DNA of 63,470 bases, filler included, from Octopus bimaculoides (GCF_001194135.2; 5 parts of 5 records of this genome joined end to end with filler, not necessarily neighbours in it); one strand, 5' to 3'; counted from the first letter of the whole stretch, positions 27,184-39,838 are shown. Numbers and translations: made by a program. The notes: generated from the letters alone by a model not told the origin.

Positions 27184-27719
27184 GTGCTACATCACTAATA
27201 TTAATTTCGTCGCCCGCCAGAGAGACTAAGCGGAAAAGTATGTCTCATTCAGCACTAACAATGGTGTGTGTTTAATGTGAATAGTGCAGAAGTGAAAGTG
27301 GACGTGTAAGACGCGGGGTGGTGTATGGAGGAGAGTGGAATGTGTTGGTGTATTGATAGTGGAACAATAACAGTGAATACCGAACTATGTTTTATTAATT
27401 ATGGACAGAACTGCAGAAAGTGGCACAAGGTAACAAGTGAATATTACTTGCATATAAAAATGGTTAGACGAAATTTGTTGAGGAGAGATTTTCAACGGCC
27501 GGTTTCCCTTTTCGACACCACCACGCCCTCACCTGTTTCAAAGTAACGTAATATTTCCCCAAAGCCAGACATATTTTTCATGGAAGACTGAAAACGAGCA
27601 TTACTGCTTGTATGATGGTGATGTTCGTTTACAACCGTCACGTTATGTCAAGGCAAGACTACACACAAACACATGTAAGATGGGCTACACTATTTCCATC
27701 TATCAAATCCATTCACAAG

Positions 27720-27835
27720 GGTTTGATCCATCTGAGTCTATAGTAGAAGGCACTTGTCCTAGGTGCCACATAATGGGACTGAACAGAAGGCCACATGGTT
27801 GGAAAGCAAGCTTTTTAACCGTGTAGCCACATTTG
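27720..27835 (-). mobile_element. Family B SINE head
   Basis: Reverse complement of TGGCTACACGGTT...CAACCATGTGG...GTTCAGTCCCA...GGCACCTAGGACAAGTG. Confidence 0.7.
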
Positions 27836-28241
27836 GGCTATAAACTAGTTTATGCTATATACACTTTGACCATTCATTGTGGGATACCTGGGGAGGTGGG
27901 GTTCCGTTTTGTCCCCACTTCTTGAAAATTGAAGTGGGGTATGGGGTTAAAAAAATGGATTGTATGAAGTGTGCAGATAATGTGTGATGATGAAACATGG
28001 GCAGTGAATGTAGAGGAAAGACTACATGAAGTAGTATTATATGTGAGATGTGCAGTGGTGCATGGTATTGAACATAAACATTTTGCATCATATCAATTGC
28101 GAAGTAAATTAAGTTCGAATTTTTAATGGAAGTTTACCTGAAAATCTTGAATACACCCAAGGAGAGAAAGGAAGATACAGGAAACAATATCAAAAGGCGT
28201 TTACCAATTTAAATTATTAAATATATGGCATAGCTGATACA

Positions 28242-28650
28242 TTAATCCTGTAGCATTTAAGCTGGCCATTTCCAGCCCAAATATTTTACCTGTTTTATGA
28301 AGCTGACAAGATTTGGTCTCTTACACCTATTCTACAATGTCATTCTAAAAATGCACACTCACTCACATCATCAAAATTCTAGAACTACATGATAATATAC
28401 ATGATTAATTCAAAATTTTATGGTGAAGCTGACCAGATCTGGTCCCTCACACCTATTCCACAATGTCNNNNNNNNNNCTAGAACTACATGATAATATACA
28501 TGATTAATTCAAAATTTTATGGTGAAGCTGACCAGATCTGGTCCCTCACACCTATTCCACAATGTCATTCTAAAAATGCACACTAACTCACATCATCAAA
28601 ATTCTAGAACTACATGATAATATACATGATAAATTCAAAACAGGGTGAAT
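28242..28650 (+). mobile_element. TTAA-flanked (piggyBac-like) MITE with internal tandem amplification
   Basis: Starts TTAATCCTGTAGCATTTAA, homologous to the start of 28827-29043. An internal unit of about 125 bp is repeated. Confidence 0.55.
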
Positions 28651-28826
28651 AAAGAAGTATCACAGCTGACAAAGTAATTAAAATACTAGAGAGTTGACCC
28701 ACCACCCCTGGTACTAAGAAACACTTCAAGCCAGTTTCCATATCCTCAATTTCATGGTAACAATTGTAGGGAAGATAAATCATCCCACTAGTTGCTGATT
28801 GAACCCCCAGCACTCAGTTCTTATGA

Positions 28827-29043
28827 TTAACCTTTCAGCATTTAAACTGGCCATATCCAACTCAGATATCCCTACCTGTTTTAGTATTCGAAATGACTAA
28901 ATCTGGCCTTCCACCCTTAACTCTTCTACAGTGACATCGAAATCTCAAAAGGTATATGAGATAATAACAGGATTGATTCAAAACAACGTGGATGAATAGG
29001 GATTACATTTGACAGACTAATCTGAATAATCTAAAGGGGTCAA
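28827..29043 (+). mobile_element. TTAA-flanked (piggyBac-like) MITE
   Basis: TTAA-CCTTTCAG... at the left and ...CTAAAGGGG-TCAA at the right: short inverted termini with a near-TTAA duplication. Confidence 0.55.
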
Positions 29044-29227
29044 AGCATTTCTGTAAGACCTTTCAGTCATAGTGTATCTGAAGATTATCTGATTATACAA
29101 TAGACCCTTTCATTCAGATAACAGTATGGGTATGGTTTACGGAGGATTTGGCTCTCCTGTGTCTATCAAGGGCGGCCTCACAGAAGTACTCTTGTTGGCT
29201 ACCAATTTTAGGTTTCTAATATCATTA

Positions 29228-29620
29228 TTCTTTTGTTCTTTTACTTGTGTGTCAGTCAGCTGGCTGTAGCCATGCTGGAGCACTGCCTTGAAGAGTCTTA
29301 GCTGAATAAATTGACCCCCCCCCCGGATTATTTTTTTAAAGCCTAGTACTTATTTCATTGGTCTCTTTTACTGAACTGCTATGTTACAGAGGAAGTAAAC
29401 ACACCAACACCAGTTGTCAAGACACACACACACAAATATGTATACGATGAGCTTCTTTCAGTTTCCATCTAAGGATTTAGTCGACCTGATGCTATAGTAT
29501 TTAGCTATAGGATTTAGTCGACCTGAGGCTATAGTAGAAGACACTTGCCCAAGGTGCCACACAATGGGATTGAACCTGGATCCACATGGTTGCAAAGTGA
29601 GCTTGTTAACCATACAGCCA
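29228..29620 (-). mobile_element. Full-length family B SINE
   Basis: Head near 29620 (reverse complement GGCTGTATGGTTAAC...GGTTCAATCCCA), central CA/GT microsatellite, and tail ending in CAGTC...ATGCTGGAGCAC on the + strand. Confidence 0.8.
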
Positions 29621-30313
29621 AGCCAATCTTGGGGTGGGAGGTCCTGAAAAAAGGCCAGGAGTACTGTCCTTCCTCCCAATCAAGAAAACTATGGAGAAAG
29701 GAGAGTAAGCATTAAGACTGAATGCAGCTGTTATATTTCACCTCTTTTAATGTGGTTATACTGAGTACCTATGTTGATTACAATGGTTTCTTGAGTAATT
29801 AAATTATAATAATAGCCATGGTATATTGGAGGTCTTTAATGTTGAGATAGTAACGGATGGGCTCAATAGCTTCTCTCAATGTTGACAGCGCCCAGCTGGT
29901 GTCAATAACTAATGGATACATCGATAAATCAATACACTCTGTTAATGCTCCAGTTCACTTATCTCTAAGTACAATGGTTTAAAGCTTAGAAACAGCTGTA
30001 GCTGTAGAAAACGAACCTGTGTCTTATCAACTACAAACTCCTTGAAGCAAAGGTAATTTGAGCAGGTAAGATATTGGGCTGTCAATCCCCAAGATACGAG
30101 TTCAAACCCCTTTCAGGTTTTTTAATGTCATTTTTGTCTCTGGATAAAATGCTTCATTCTATATTGTCTCATTTGATTTGTCTCTGTTGTGATGTATGCT
30201 TTAATCCTTTTGATATCAACTTACCTGAGGTTATCCTTGGTTTGCTGTTATAATCTTCCCATCAAAATACCATGTCAATTTATATTCTACACATCAGCTT
30301 AATAATCCCTTCT

Positions 30314-30523
30314 TGTTTCGGCACAAGGCCTGCAAATTTGGCAAGATGGTGTAAGCTGATTACACTGACCCCAGTGCTCAAGAGGTTCTTATTTTAACAA
30401 CCCCAAGTGGATGGAGAGGCAAAGCTGACCATAGTGGAATTCGATCTCAGAAATTTAAAATGGATGAAATACCACTAGGCATTTTGCCATGTGTGCTAAT
30501 GATTCTACCAGCTCACTGTCTTA
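30314..30523 (-). mobile_element. Diverged family A SINE
   Basis: Reverse complement of head (CTACCAGCTCACTGTCTTA) and core (AGGCAAAGCTGACC). Confidence 0.7.
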
Positions 30524-30782
30524 CACCAAGCTTAAAATAATGACAACTACTTTGTTAAATTTTTCCATATTTTCGAAATCAATTGAAACAAAGGCAATTT
30601 ACTTCAACATAACATAAGAATTCACAGAAGAAGTTTATCCCTCAATATTTACACTAAAATAAAATTACCTAAAATAACTAATTTTAATTAACACTAAAAT
30701 GTAATAATAAATAAACTAGCTACCATATAAATCGAATAGCATTTCACTATCATATACCTTTAAGATAATAACTATACCACAT

Positions 30783-30821
<39 letters not shown>

Positions 30822-31224
30822 TTTTATTTATTTTAGTCATCTGACTGCAGTCATGCTGGAGCATGGGCTTATTCTTTGCAATTGACCCGACACTGACATC
30901 GGCCAGGTCTACTCAAGCATGGTATATCACCAAAGGTCTCAGTCACCTGTCGCTGCCTGCATGAGGCCCAACACTCGAACAGTGTTCTTTATGTGCCACC
31001 GGCATGGGTGCCAGTCAGATGGCACAGGCATCAACCACAACTCAGTTCGACAGGTCTTCAGAAGTACTGCATATTGCCTAGCATTTGAAGAGTGCTTTTA
31101 ACGGGCCAGTTATGCGACACTGGCACTAGCCACAACTATGATCTCACTCAACAATCCAGAAATGTAGGTTTAAGGATATATGATTGCTTAACTGTGATAA
31201 TTAATATTTCTTTTAACTGAATTG

Positions 31225-31600
31225 GTACAGGTGTGACTATATGGTAGGAAGTTTACTTTCCAACCACATGGTTCTGAGTTCAGTCCCACTGTGTGGCACC
31301 TTGGGCAAGTGTTTTCTACTATAGCCTCAGGACAACCAAAGCTTTGTGAGTGGATTTGGTAGGCAGAAACTGAAAGAAGTCCATCATGGGTGTGTGTGCA
31401 TGTGTGTGTTTATCTCCCACCACTGCTGGTTTGCTTACCTCCCCATAACTTAGCAGTTCAGCAAAAGAGACTGATAGAATAAGTTCCAGGTTTTAAAAAA
31501 ATATATAAATAAATAAATACTAGGGTTGAATCATCTAAGTGAAATTCTTCTATACAGTGCTCCAGTATGGCTGCAGCCCAATGACTGAAACAAGATAAAA
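31225..31600 (+). mobile_element. Full-length family B SINE
   Basis: Head with B box GAGTTCAGTCCC, GGCACCTTGGGCAAGTG, central (GT)n, tail GTGCTCCAG...AATGACTGAAACAAG. Confidence 0.8.
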
Positions 31601-32229
31601 GACATTTCTATGGTAGAAATATGTAATATTATTGAAATGATTTGAGCCTTGGCCATTGGTAAGGACATGTTAACTGCACTTAACTTGAAGAGAGTCGTTC
31701 ACCAAACACTTTTGCATATATCATTATTTTTGTCGGAAAGGTACCCAGAACAGTAAATATGCAGGAATTTGTATAGGTTTTTGTCTGTGGAAGAACTGAC
31801 ATAGTATGGCTCAGTAAGCTAATAAAAACGTGCATATTAAATGAATAATTAACAGTTTTCTGGATACTAGCAACAGTGGACTACCTCACCATGGCATCTA
31901 GTTACAGCTAGGTAAACTTGGACTACAGCAAATTCTAAGTTATTAACAGGAAAGATGTAAAGTGGCGATTATTTGGAGAGCTTTAAATTCTTTAAAATAT
32001 TGTTGATGATGATTGTCTGCGAGAGAACCAGATCCACGACAACAACCAGGTTGAAGGACCTTCTATATCCCCCAAGGTAACACAAATTTCTCCTATTCAT
32101 GAAGCAATAGACATTTAGAATCCAAAAAGGTCAAGCTACCAATGACATCGCTTTTCCAATTACTTTGCTAAATCCTTCAAGGCAATCACTATAGTATTCT
32201 TTGGTGAATGCAGAAATCTTTTTTATATA

Positions 32230-32430
32230 TATATATATATATATGGGAGAATTTACGTAAAAACAACAGACGAAGACAGGTGGTGTAAACAACAAATGAA
32301 TGTATTAGTATAACGCTCGGGAACAGAGAAAGTCTTTAACGTTTCGAGCCTATGCTCTTCAACAGAAAGAAACAAGGAGAGAGAAAAAATATAAGTGTAG
32401 TGGTCAGCGATCTATCATGGTGAATGCCGG
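32230..32430 (-). mobile_element. Penelope-like terminal repeat remnant containing a hammerhead-like motif
   Basis: Minus strand GAAGAGCATAGGCTCGAAACGTT, typical of PLE pseudo-LTRs. A related copy lies at 46480-46590 (+). Confidence 0.55.
32334..32369 (-). ncRNA. Degenerate minimal type I hammerhead ribozyme
   Basis: CUUU-CUGuUGA-A-GAGC(AUAG)GCUC-GAAA-CG-UU-AAAG: stems I and II and palindromic stem III are present, with one core change (A6 to U). Confidence 0.5.
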
Positions 32431-32782
32431 ACAAAAGGATCACACAGGAGAGTTAAGAAGAAGGGGATATATATATATTACACACACAGATAATGTGTGA
32501 ACAAAACAAAAAAAAAAAAACGTCCAGAAATGGTTGCCATCTTCAACCTCTGAAGTAATTATCAGGCAATAATTCCAGCGTTTCATCTAGGAGATTCTCC
32601 AGCAATGACAGTATTCTATGAGCAATATTGGGGTAATTTTTGGACAACTGCTCAATCAGGAAGATTCTAGTATCTGTAGGAAGGCATGCTTATAGATCAC
32701 TAGCTCGGATTTCGGTTAAATCGATCCTCTTGGTCTCTACGCACGCAGGGAAATTAAAACTCAATTCACAAATGGTTTAGGA

Positions 32783-33057
32783 CAGGGGTCAAGGAACTTT
32801 TTCAACCATTTGCCCCAAATATATTTATTTATGCCAACATTACCCCCATGATTTGAAAGGAAGAAAATCATAGATTCTTTGAATTCAAAAGGTTTATTGA
32901 ATCTATTTATATGGCTATTACACTGGACAGATGCAGTGTTGCCAGAAGAAAAGTTTCTATGGTAACAAGGAACTCGCGTCTAAAGAGTCCTCATTACCCC
33001 CAAGAATTTCATTTTTAACCCCACTTGGAGTAATTTACCCCAGTTTGCTGACCCCTG
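32783..33057. mobile_element. hAT (Charlie-like) MITE
   Basis: Termini CAGGGGTCAAGGAAC and GTTTGCTGACCCCTG. GTTTAGG occurs on both flanks (near-perfect 8-bp TSD, off by one base). Confidence 0.75.
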
Positions 33058-33199
33058 GGTTTAGGGAATTGTTGACTAAAAGGTAACAATTGCAGAGACT
33101 AAAAGAAAAAAAAAAAAGCCTGGAATTGTTTTTGAAATGCATCACAAATCACAGTACTATAGAATCTTTGACCAAGACCAAACTGTTGGCCTAATTGAT

Positions 33200-33445
33200 T
33201 CAGGATGGGTGATGCTTGTGTGCTTATGAGTGAAACACTTAAGCTCCATGCGGCTCTGGCAGATGGTAATGGCAGACTTCTGCTGGCTCCTTTAACCACA
33301 ATTTTCCTCACTCTTTCCTCCTGCATCTAGCAGCTCACTTGCAACAGACTGGCGTCCTGTCCAGGTGGGGAACTTATACGCCAATGAAACCGGGAAAACC
33401 AGCCCTTATGAGCCAGGAATGGCTCGAGAAGGAACAAACAAAATA
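33200..33445 (+). mobile_element. SINE with V-domain-like core
   Basis: GCAACAGACTGGCGTCCTGTCCAGG...GAAACCGGGA resembles the V-SINE central domain (GCGATGGACTGGCGNCCNGTCCAGGG...) as recalled; not verified by alignment. Confidence 0.4.
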
Positions 33446-35134
33446 AAACACAATGTCAAGACAAGGAGACACAAACACACACAGTCACATCTGTCTATGA
33501 AATGCACACACAAAGGTTTGTTAGCTCAGAGTAATAAGACCCTTGTTACTCTGAGACACAAGCTCGAGGTTCAATGCAATGGGACTGTACCCAAAACCAT
33601 TGGAAACAAACTTCCTAAATCACATGGCCATTCTTGCATCTGAAATCTTTTGAAGATTTATTACAATGAGATAGGATTGTTCCTTCACTTGCTATTTCTG
33701 TTAATTCTTCACTAGCATAGCAGTGTTGGAGTCACTTGACTGACTAACAAGCAGGGCTAAAACAAGAAACTTCAACCTCGATTCTGATTCCAACTCCTCT
33801 TTATGTAATTAAGTGGTTGTGGTCTACATATCTCATGAAGTATATGCATACGCTTGTACTTTGAGTAGATCTACATGTCATAACTGGTTTATATTAAAGA
33901 ATAAGGACATTATGAGTCGGAATCAGAGTCGGTATAGCTTTACTGACTCTGACTCCAGCTATCCCTTAATTGTTACTGACTCTGACTCCAACTTCACAAC
34001 CCTGCTAACAAGGCCTGGAATTCATGGTCAATGACTAAATTTTCTGGCACCATTATGTTAGTACAATGTTCTAGAACAGTGTCATGTTGGTCTGGAGATA
34101 TCATGACATTTATATCTATTTCCATAAAGAATTTGTTGATTGGCATCAACAAAAAAATATTATCATATTGCTATACAAATACTATTGACACCAGTAAGCC
34201 ATCGAGTTTTGCTTGGTTTTCTTTTGAGAAGACATGGAGAAGAATTTTTTTTTTTTTACATAAGAAATGCTGGCTTTCAAGTTAGACTGAAAATGGTCAA
34301 ATAGAGACAGGACGTTATTATTGGTGCAAATACATTAATTATTCTGCTAAATGGCAACCAGGAATCCTGATGTAGACTACACAGGAAATGTTGGGTCAAC
34401 ATTCATAGCAAACAATTTATGGAAATACTCTGCCAGAAAGCAGAAGGTGGGACAAAAATACCGAATTCATGTTAACCAATCAATAATCCTAAGATACAAG
34501 AGGACTGCAACAAAGTTTCCCACTTTGGCATGCCTCCTTGCTTAGAAAACGGTAGCATTAAGCCACCAAATAGATAAATGAAATAAAACAATTTAAGTAG
34601 TATTTCGTTTCATCTCTCCAGGGAAATTCGAGGACATTTTTGTATATTTATTAAAAAGCGATATCTTCATTATTTGTGAAAAATTTCGCTTTTGCATTAT
34701 TTAGTCTCCGTTTTCATCCATCTTTTCAGGGTCGATAAAATTAAAGCAATAAGTATAGATGATATGGACCTGGTCTTGTGCATAAATGAGAAACCGTTAT
34801 TAACACACACACATATATATTATGGCAACCTTTTGGTTAAAGTAGCACGTTAATGAAACTGTTTCTTCGGCAATTTCCGTACAGATTTTTTTTTTATTTC
34901 TTTAATTTATTTTCAGTTGAAAAGCTTATGTTTATGCATTTTTTGTGTATATATTATGTTTGTATGTATGTAATAATGTATGCATGCATGCATATTTGTA
35001 TAAGTACTATGTTTATGAATTTTTAGTGTACATACATACACTAAAATACATAAAACGATTCAACTGGAAAAAAAAAAATTGAAGAAAAAATATTTTGTAC
35101 GGAAATTGCCGAACAAACACTTTCATTGTTGTGT

Positions 35135-35175
<41 letters not shown>

Positions 35176-36633
35176 NNNNNNNNNNNNNNNNNNNNNNNNN
35201 NNNNNNNNNNNNNNNNNNNNNNNNNNNNNNNNNNNNNNNNNNNNNNNNNNNNNNNNNNNNNNNNNNNNNNNNNNNNNNNNNNNNNNNNNNNNNNNNNNNN
35301 NNNNNNNNNNNNNNNNNNNNNNNNNNNNNNNNNNNNNNNNNNNNNNNNNNNNNNNNNNNNNNNNNNNNNNNNNNNNNNNNNNNNNNNNNNNNNNNNNNNN
35401 NNNNNNNNNNNNNNNNNNNNNNNNNNNNNNNNNNNNNNNNNNNNNNNNNNNNNNNNNNNNNNNNNNNNNNNNNNATAAATTCTGTTTGTCTGAGCGTATG
35501 TCGTAGATACAACACGAGTTTCGCTTCATTAGCTGCTAAATGCATTATAAGAAAATTGGGAAAAGAGGGCGTGGCTTTAAAAATTTTTAAATATTTTTTA
35601 TATATTAAAAAAGGTATATATTTTTGAAGCGAAAAAAAATTATACCGTAATAGATATATAAGCAAACTAACTCATTTGTCAACAGTTTTCTTTGTTACTG
35701 AAAGACAATTTTCAAAAATGCCGTTAATTTGGGCATTTCCGTTATTTTGGATGCCGCTATTTCGCAAGTTAACAGCAACATTGATGCAAATGCGAAGCTC
35801 ATGACAGAAAGTTTTGTCGTTAGAATAGCTGAATCGATATGATAGCGTAATGAATAACGCGCCGGACAGCCTGACGAGGGAAGTCGGCTGTTCCTATCTT
35901 GTTACCCGGCAAGATAGCTTCAACGAAAGACACCAAGTCTCAACGACTCAATAATTCGGAAGAATCTAAGCGGTGGCACAACATGCTAAAAATAGCAGCT
36001 AAATCTTTCTCAAACCATACCCTACCATCTAAGGACACACTGTACAATGTAGTCGTTATACAAACAGACGGGCTGATCACGACTGGAATGCCTTATGTAT
36101 TTTGACGACAAAAGCTGTAAAACAAGCAACACTCACTTTAAGAAACTATTCTACTAGCATGGTTCAATTCTAAATTGTGTATTTACCAGCATTTAGTGAC
36201 CGAACATTGCTGACCTACGGAGTTTTATCGAACAGTTTTATAAGACTATCGACCTTTAATTTTACCCCGAAGATTCTCCTGCTACTTAACTTAACAGGGA
36301 ACGGCAATCGGTTGTCTGGTATTCACGGGCTTATGGCAAATGAGTTGTGCAGTGAAGATGAATGAGAAGAAACGAAATCCATATAGTCATCACCTAAGCC
36401 TTCATCGAGCTTTTTCGAATTTTCAACCAGAGAAAGCAAGACGAGGCTGGAGGAGAGGGAATTGCTGTTCTCCATTAATAAAAACTGGAAGGTGGATGAG
36501 AGCAACGAGAGTGGCCTGGGTGAATGGACATACCCATACACTTCAGCATGCGACTGTGGTCGGGGGCGAGGAACAGGTGACGGAATTAGGTGGTTAAACT
36601 AACATTGGATTTGAGGGCAGCAGTGTAGGGTAG

Positions 36634-36772
36634 GGTAAATTTTCAGATTAACACCCCCACGATTTTCACTTAAGTGTTAGAGTTAGGGTTTTAGGGTTAA
36701 GGAATTCCGTCCCTAACCGTAACCCTAACACCGTAGTGAAAATCGTGCGGGTGTTTAATCTGAAAATTTATC
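36634..36772. mobile_element. 139-bp fully palindromic MITE with 8-bp TSD and TTAGGG-like core (Merlin-like)
   Basis: Arms GGTAAATTTTCAGATTAACACCCCCACGATTTTCACT and AGTGAAAATCGTGCGGGTGTTTAATCTGAAAATTTATC. TAGGGTAG is repeated at 36626-36633 and 36773-36780. Confidence 0.75.
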
Positions 36773-37759
36773 TAGGGTAGGCTGCCAGCACCCGGGTTAA
36801 GAAAAGTATTGCGCCATGAATCGTTAGCACTTCCAAATTTTGCACCCAGGATAACTGCTCCCGTGGCCGCGACAGTCTTCCTCTCAGAACCTTATCACAT
36901 ATCATTTACTGTGTTTGATGGTTGAAAAGACGCAAGGGCATTATAGACAAACCCCACCCATCTTTAGGTTAAAATATCTTTTTTTGAGTATTAAAACTTA
37001 TGGGATAACCAACTTCGCATATAGGATACGGGATGAAACATTCCTTCTTTCAAAGAAAGTACGCTTATCCCATCAAATACAAGAATATGTGTACACTGGT
37101 CAATTTTCTTTCATTTCAGTTCTATGTTAACTTTCATACAATTCTTTAAACTGTTTTTGTAATGTCACCTCATCCATCAACCATATGACAATAATAAAAA
37201 AATGATGTGTTTATGCCAACACATCTAATTTACCAATTTTTTTCTTTTTTCAACAACTGTTTATATAAGAAACCTTAAGTCGTTTTCAATCATTCTTAAA
37301 TACTTGAAAATAAAAGCGAAATATGAGAATCGTTTTGTACACTTTTTGGATTTTGTCGGTTCAACTTAACGCCTGCCTTTAATAAGGGAATGTGAATTAA
37401 AGCAAAAAAAGAAAAAGCATTTGACATACGGTACACAAATACACAAAGTCGATGTTTTTCCTACAAATATTTAGCAAGATTTCTTCACACACACACACAC
37501 GATGTATGTGTGTAACCTATAAAAGATATTACACGTGTGCAAAAGGGACATCTCTTTTATATAGGATATTTATATAGTCGGTGTGTGTGATGCATAGTGT
37601 GTGTAATAATTGTGTGTATATATGTGTGTAATATGAATACGCGAGCGTAATATATGAAAGATACGCATTTGTTCGCAAGGGACATCTCTTATATACAGTA
37701 TATTTAAAGTCTATATAGACACTATATATGTATATACACATATACAAGCAATGTATGTC

Positions 37760-37814
<55 letters not shown>

Positions 37815-37931
37815 AAAAGCATTAATAGTAGTAGTAGTGGTGGTTGTGGTGAACTTGCACTGAGCTGACACTTCAACTCTAGCAATAACGAATTGAATGG
37901 ACGAAGAGATAGAAGAGGAAGATAGACAGAA

Positions 37932-37984
<53 letters not shown>

Positions 37985-39225
37985 TAGAGATAGGCTTTGC
38001 GATACCCAAACTTGTTCTGATTGTAGTTTGTTATACAGTGTGGTCAGTGTTAAGAGTGTGCGACGGCGGGTGCTAATTCAGGGTGCATCCATATATGACG
38101 GGCTTACAGTTAAGTGACGGTACATGGAAGGTTTTTGAATGAATGGACAGAGCGCTGGATAAACAAACATGAGACAGGAGAATACAAGGGGAACGGGGGA
38201 TCTGCCAACCAAATCTATCGCGGTCACAGCACACACCCTGACGTCTTTAAAAACTGAAAAGCTGGATAACGATCCGAGAAAAAAAGGGAAAAAAACCAAC
38301 AAAGCTATGGTCACGGCTGGAGTTGTCGATCAAGGCTAAGTTGGTGCCAGCCAGAATGCATGATGTCCATTATAACATGTTCTGACAATGATTGTATAAG
38401 GAATATTATATACTTGGAAACAATGCACGCGCGCGTGAGAGAGAAAGAGAGAGAGGGAGAACTATATGAAATGATGGATAGATAGATAGAGATAGGGGGA
38501 TATATTTGGGATAGCTAGATGAAAAAATAAGAACAGAATGCGTGCGATCGGAAGATAGATATACAATATGAGAAAGTGATTATAAAATGAGGGGAGAGAG
38601 AGAGAGGTAAATGGCTAGAAAACGGACGGGGACAGTTGGGGAAAGAGAATTAAGCAGAATGAGAGAGAGACGTCTTCACAGAATGAGAGACCTTCAGACA
38701 AAACTAGAGCTGTAACAAATAGAGACATGGAAGAATATTTAGGTAGGAAAATGAGAGAGAATATCAGATATAAGACAGACGAGGGATAGAATTTTTACAT
38801 AGGCGAGAGACGGAAAAATATACAGGGAAAGAAAATTTGAGATATCAATTAGGGAGAGACAAATCGATATAAGAGGATTTATACTGGAAATAGAAAGATA
38901 CTGAGAGAAGAAAGAGGGAGACAGACCGAAATCGGGAAATGAATTATATTTATGGATAGGCAGGTATAACTAGATAGATAGATAGACAGACAGGCAGATA
39001 GATAGGTAGACAGACAGTTAGATAGATAGATAGATAAAAAGATAGATAGTTAGATAGATAGATATGTACATACATATATACACACACACGAGAGACCGAA
39101 ATAGGGAGATAGTAACAGAAAGGGAGAAGGAAAAATAGAATGGACGAAGAGACAAAGAGAGAAAGACAGGTAGGAAAATAAAGCCAGAAAATGGAAGAGA
39201 AAGAGAAGCAGATAGAAAAAGAGAC

Positions 39226-39268
<43 letters not shown>

Positions 39269-39394
39269 AAGCGTATATGTCAATGTGTGCGTGCGTTCAG
39301 AAGACGACGGTGAGAAGGTGTGCGTATGCATATACGTGTGTGTGAGTGTGTTAAGCTGGCAGACGGAAGAAGTGGAAGGCAGACAACAACACTT

Positions 39395-39420
39395 GGCGTC
39401 GCCTTGTCGCCGCTATGTCT
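39395..39420 (+). promoter_or_regulatory. Candidate BMP-responsive Mad/Medea (Smad1/Smad4) activating element
   Basis: GGCGTC-GCCTT-GTCG matches GGCGYC(N5)GTCV. It is overlapped by a near-match GTCGCC-GCTAT-GTCT and lies in a local GC-rich patch. Confidence 0.45.
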
Positions 39421-39838
39421 GACACACGCCGCCAGCCACCACCACCGCTGCCTCTTCCTCCTCCTCCTCGTTCCTTTTTTTTTTTTTCACCACCGCCACC
39501 AACCATAACCCTCCTCCTCCTCCGCTCCGACACACCACTAACGCCACGAAGGGTGGATGGCTCGACCTGGAGGAGTTTACTGTGTGTGTGTGTATAGAAC
39601 ACAAACATGTATATGGGTTTTATAGTTTACATATACATGTGTGTGTGTGAGTATGACCGATTATGTGCGCACGATGGTATATATATAGTGTTTTACAGCT
39701 AATGTCATATATATATATAGTGTATGTATATATGTTTATGTGTGGATATATAGATATATATGAATATATACACACACATACACACTATCCCGTACGTAAG
39801 GCTGTATGTTAAAATACAGCCTTATTTATAGAACATTG

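Noticed and set aside
27880-27925. Pro-rich minus-strand peptide (GTPPPQV), considered as the Smad PY exon
   Set aside because: No Tyr after the prolines and only a weak AAG acceptor.
30060-30115. tRNA-like sequence with B box GAGTTCAAACCC
   Set aside because: No acceptor stem and an imperfect anticodon stem; at most a SINE head or tRNA remnant.
35845-35920. Two adjacent small hairpins with CTGACGA
   Set aside because: No GAAA half of a hammerhead core, and the stems are short enough to be chance.
36340-36600. Overlapping 70-85 aa ORFs
   Set aside because: No recognisable motif or splice context.
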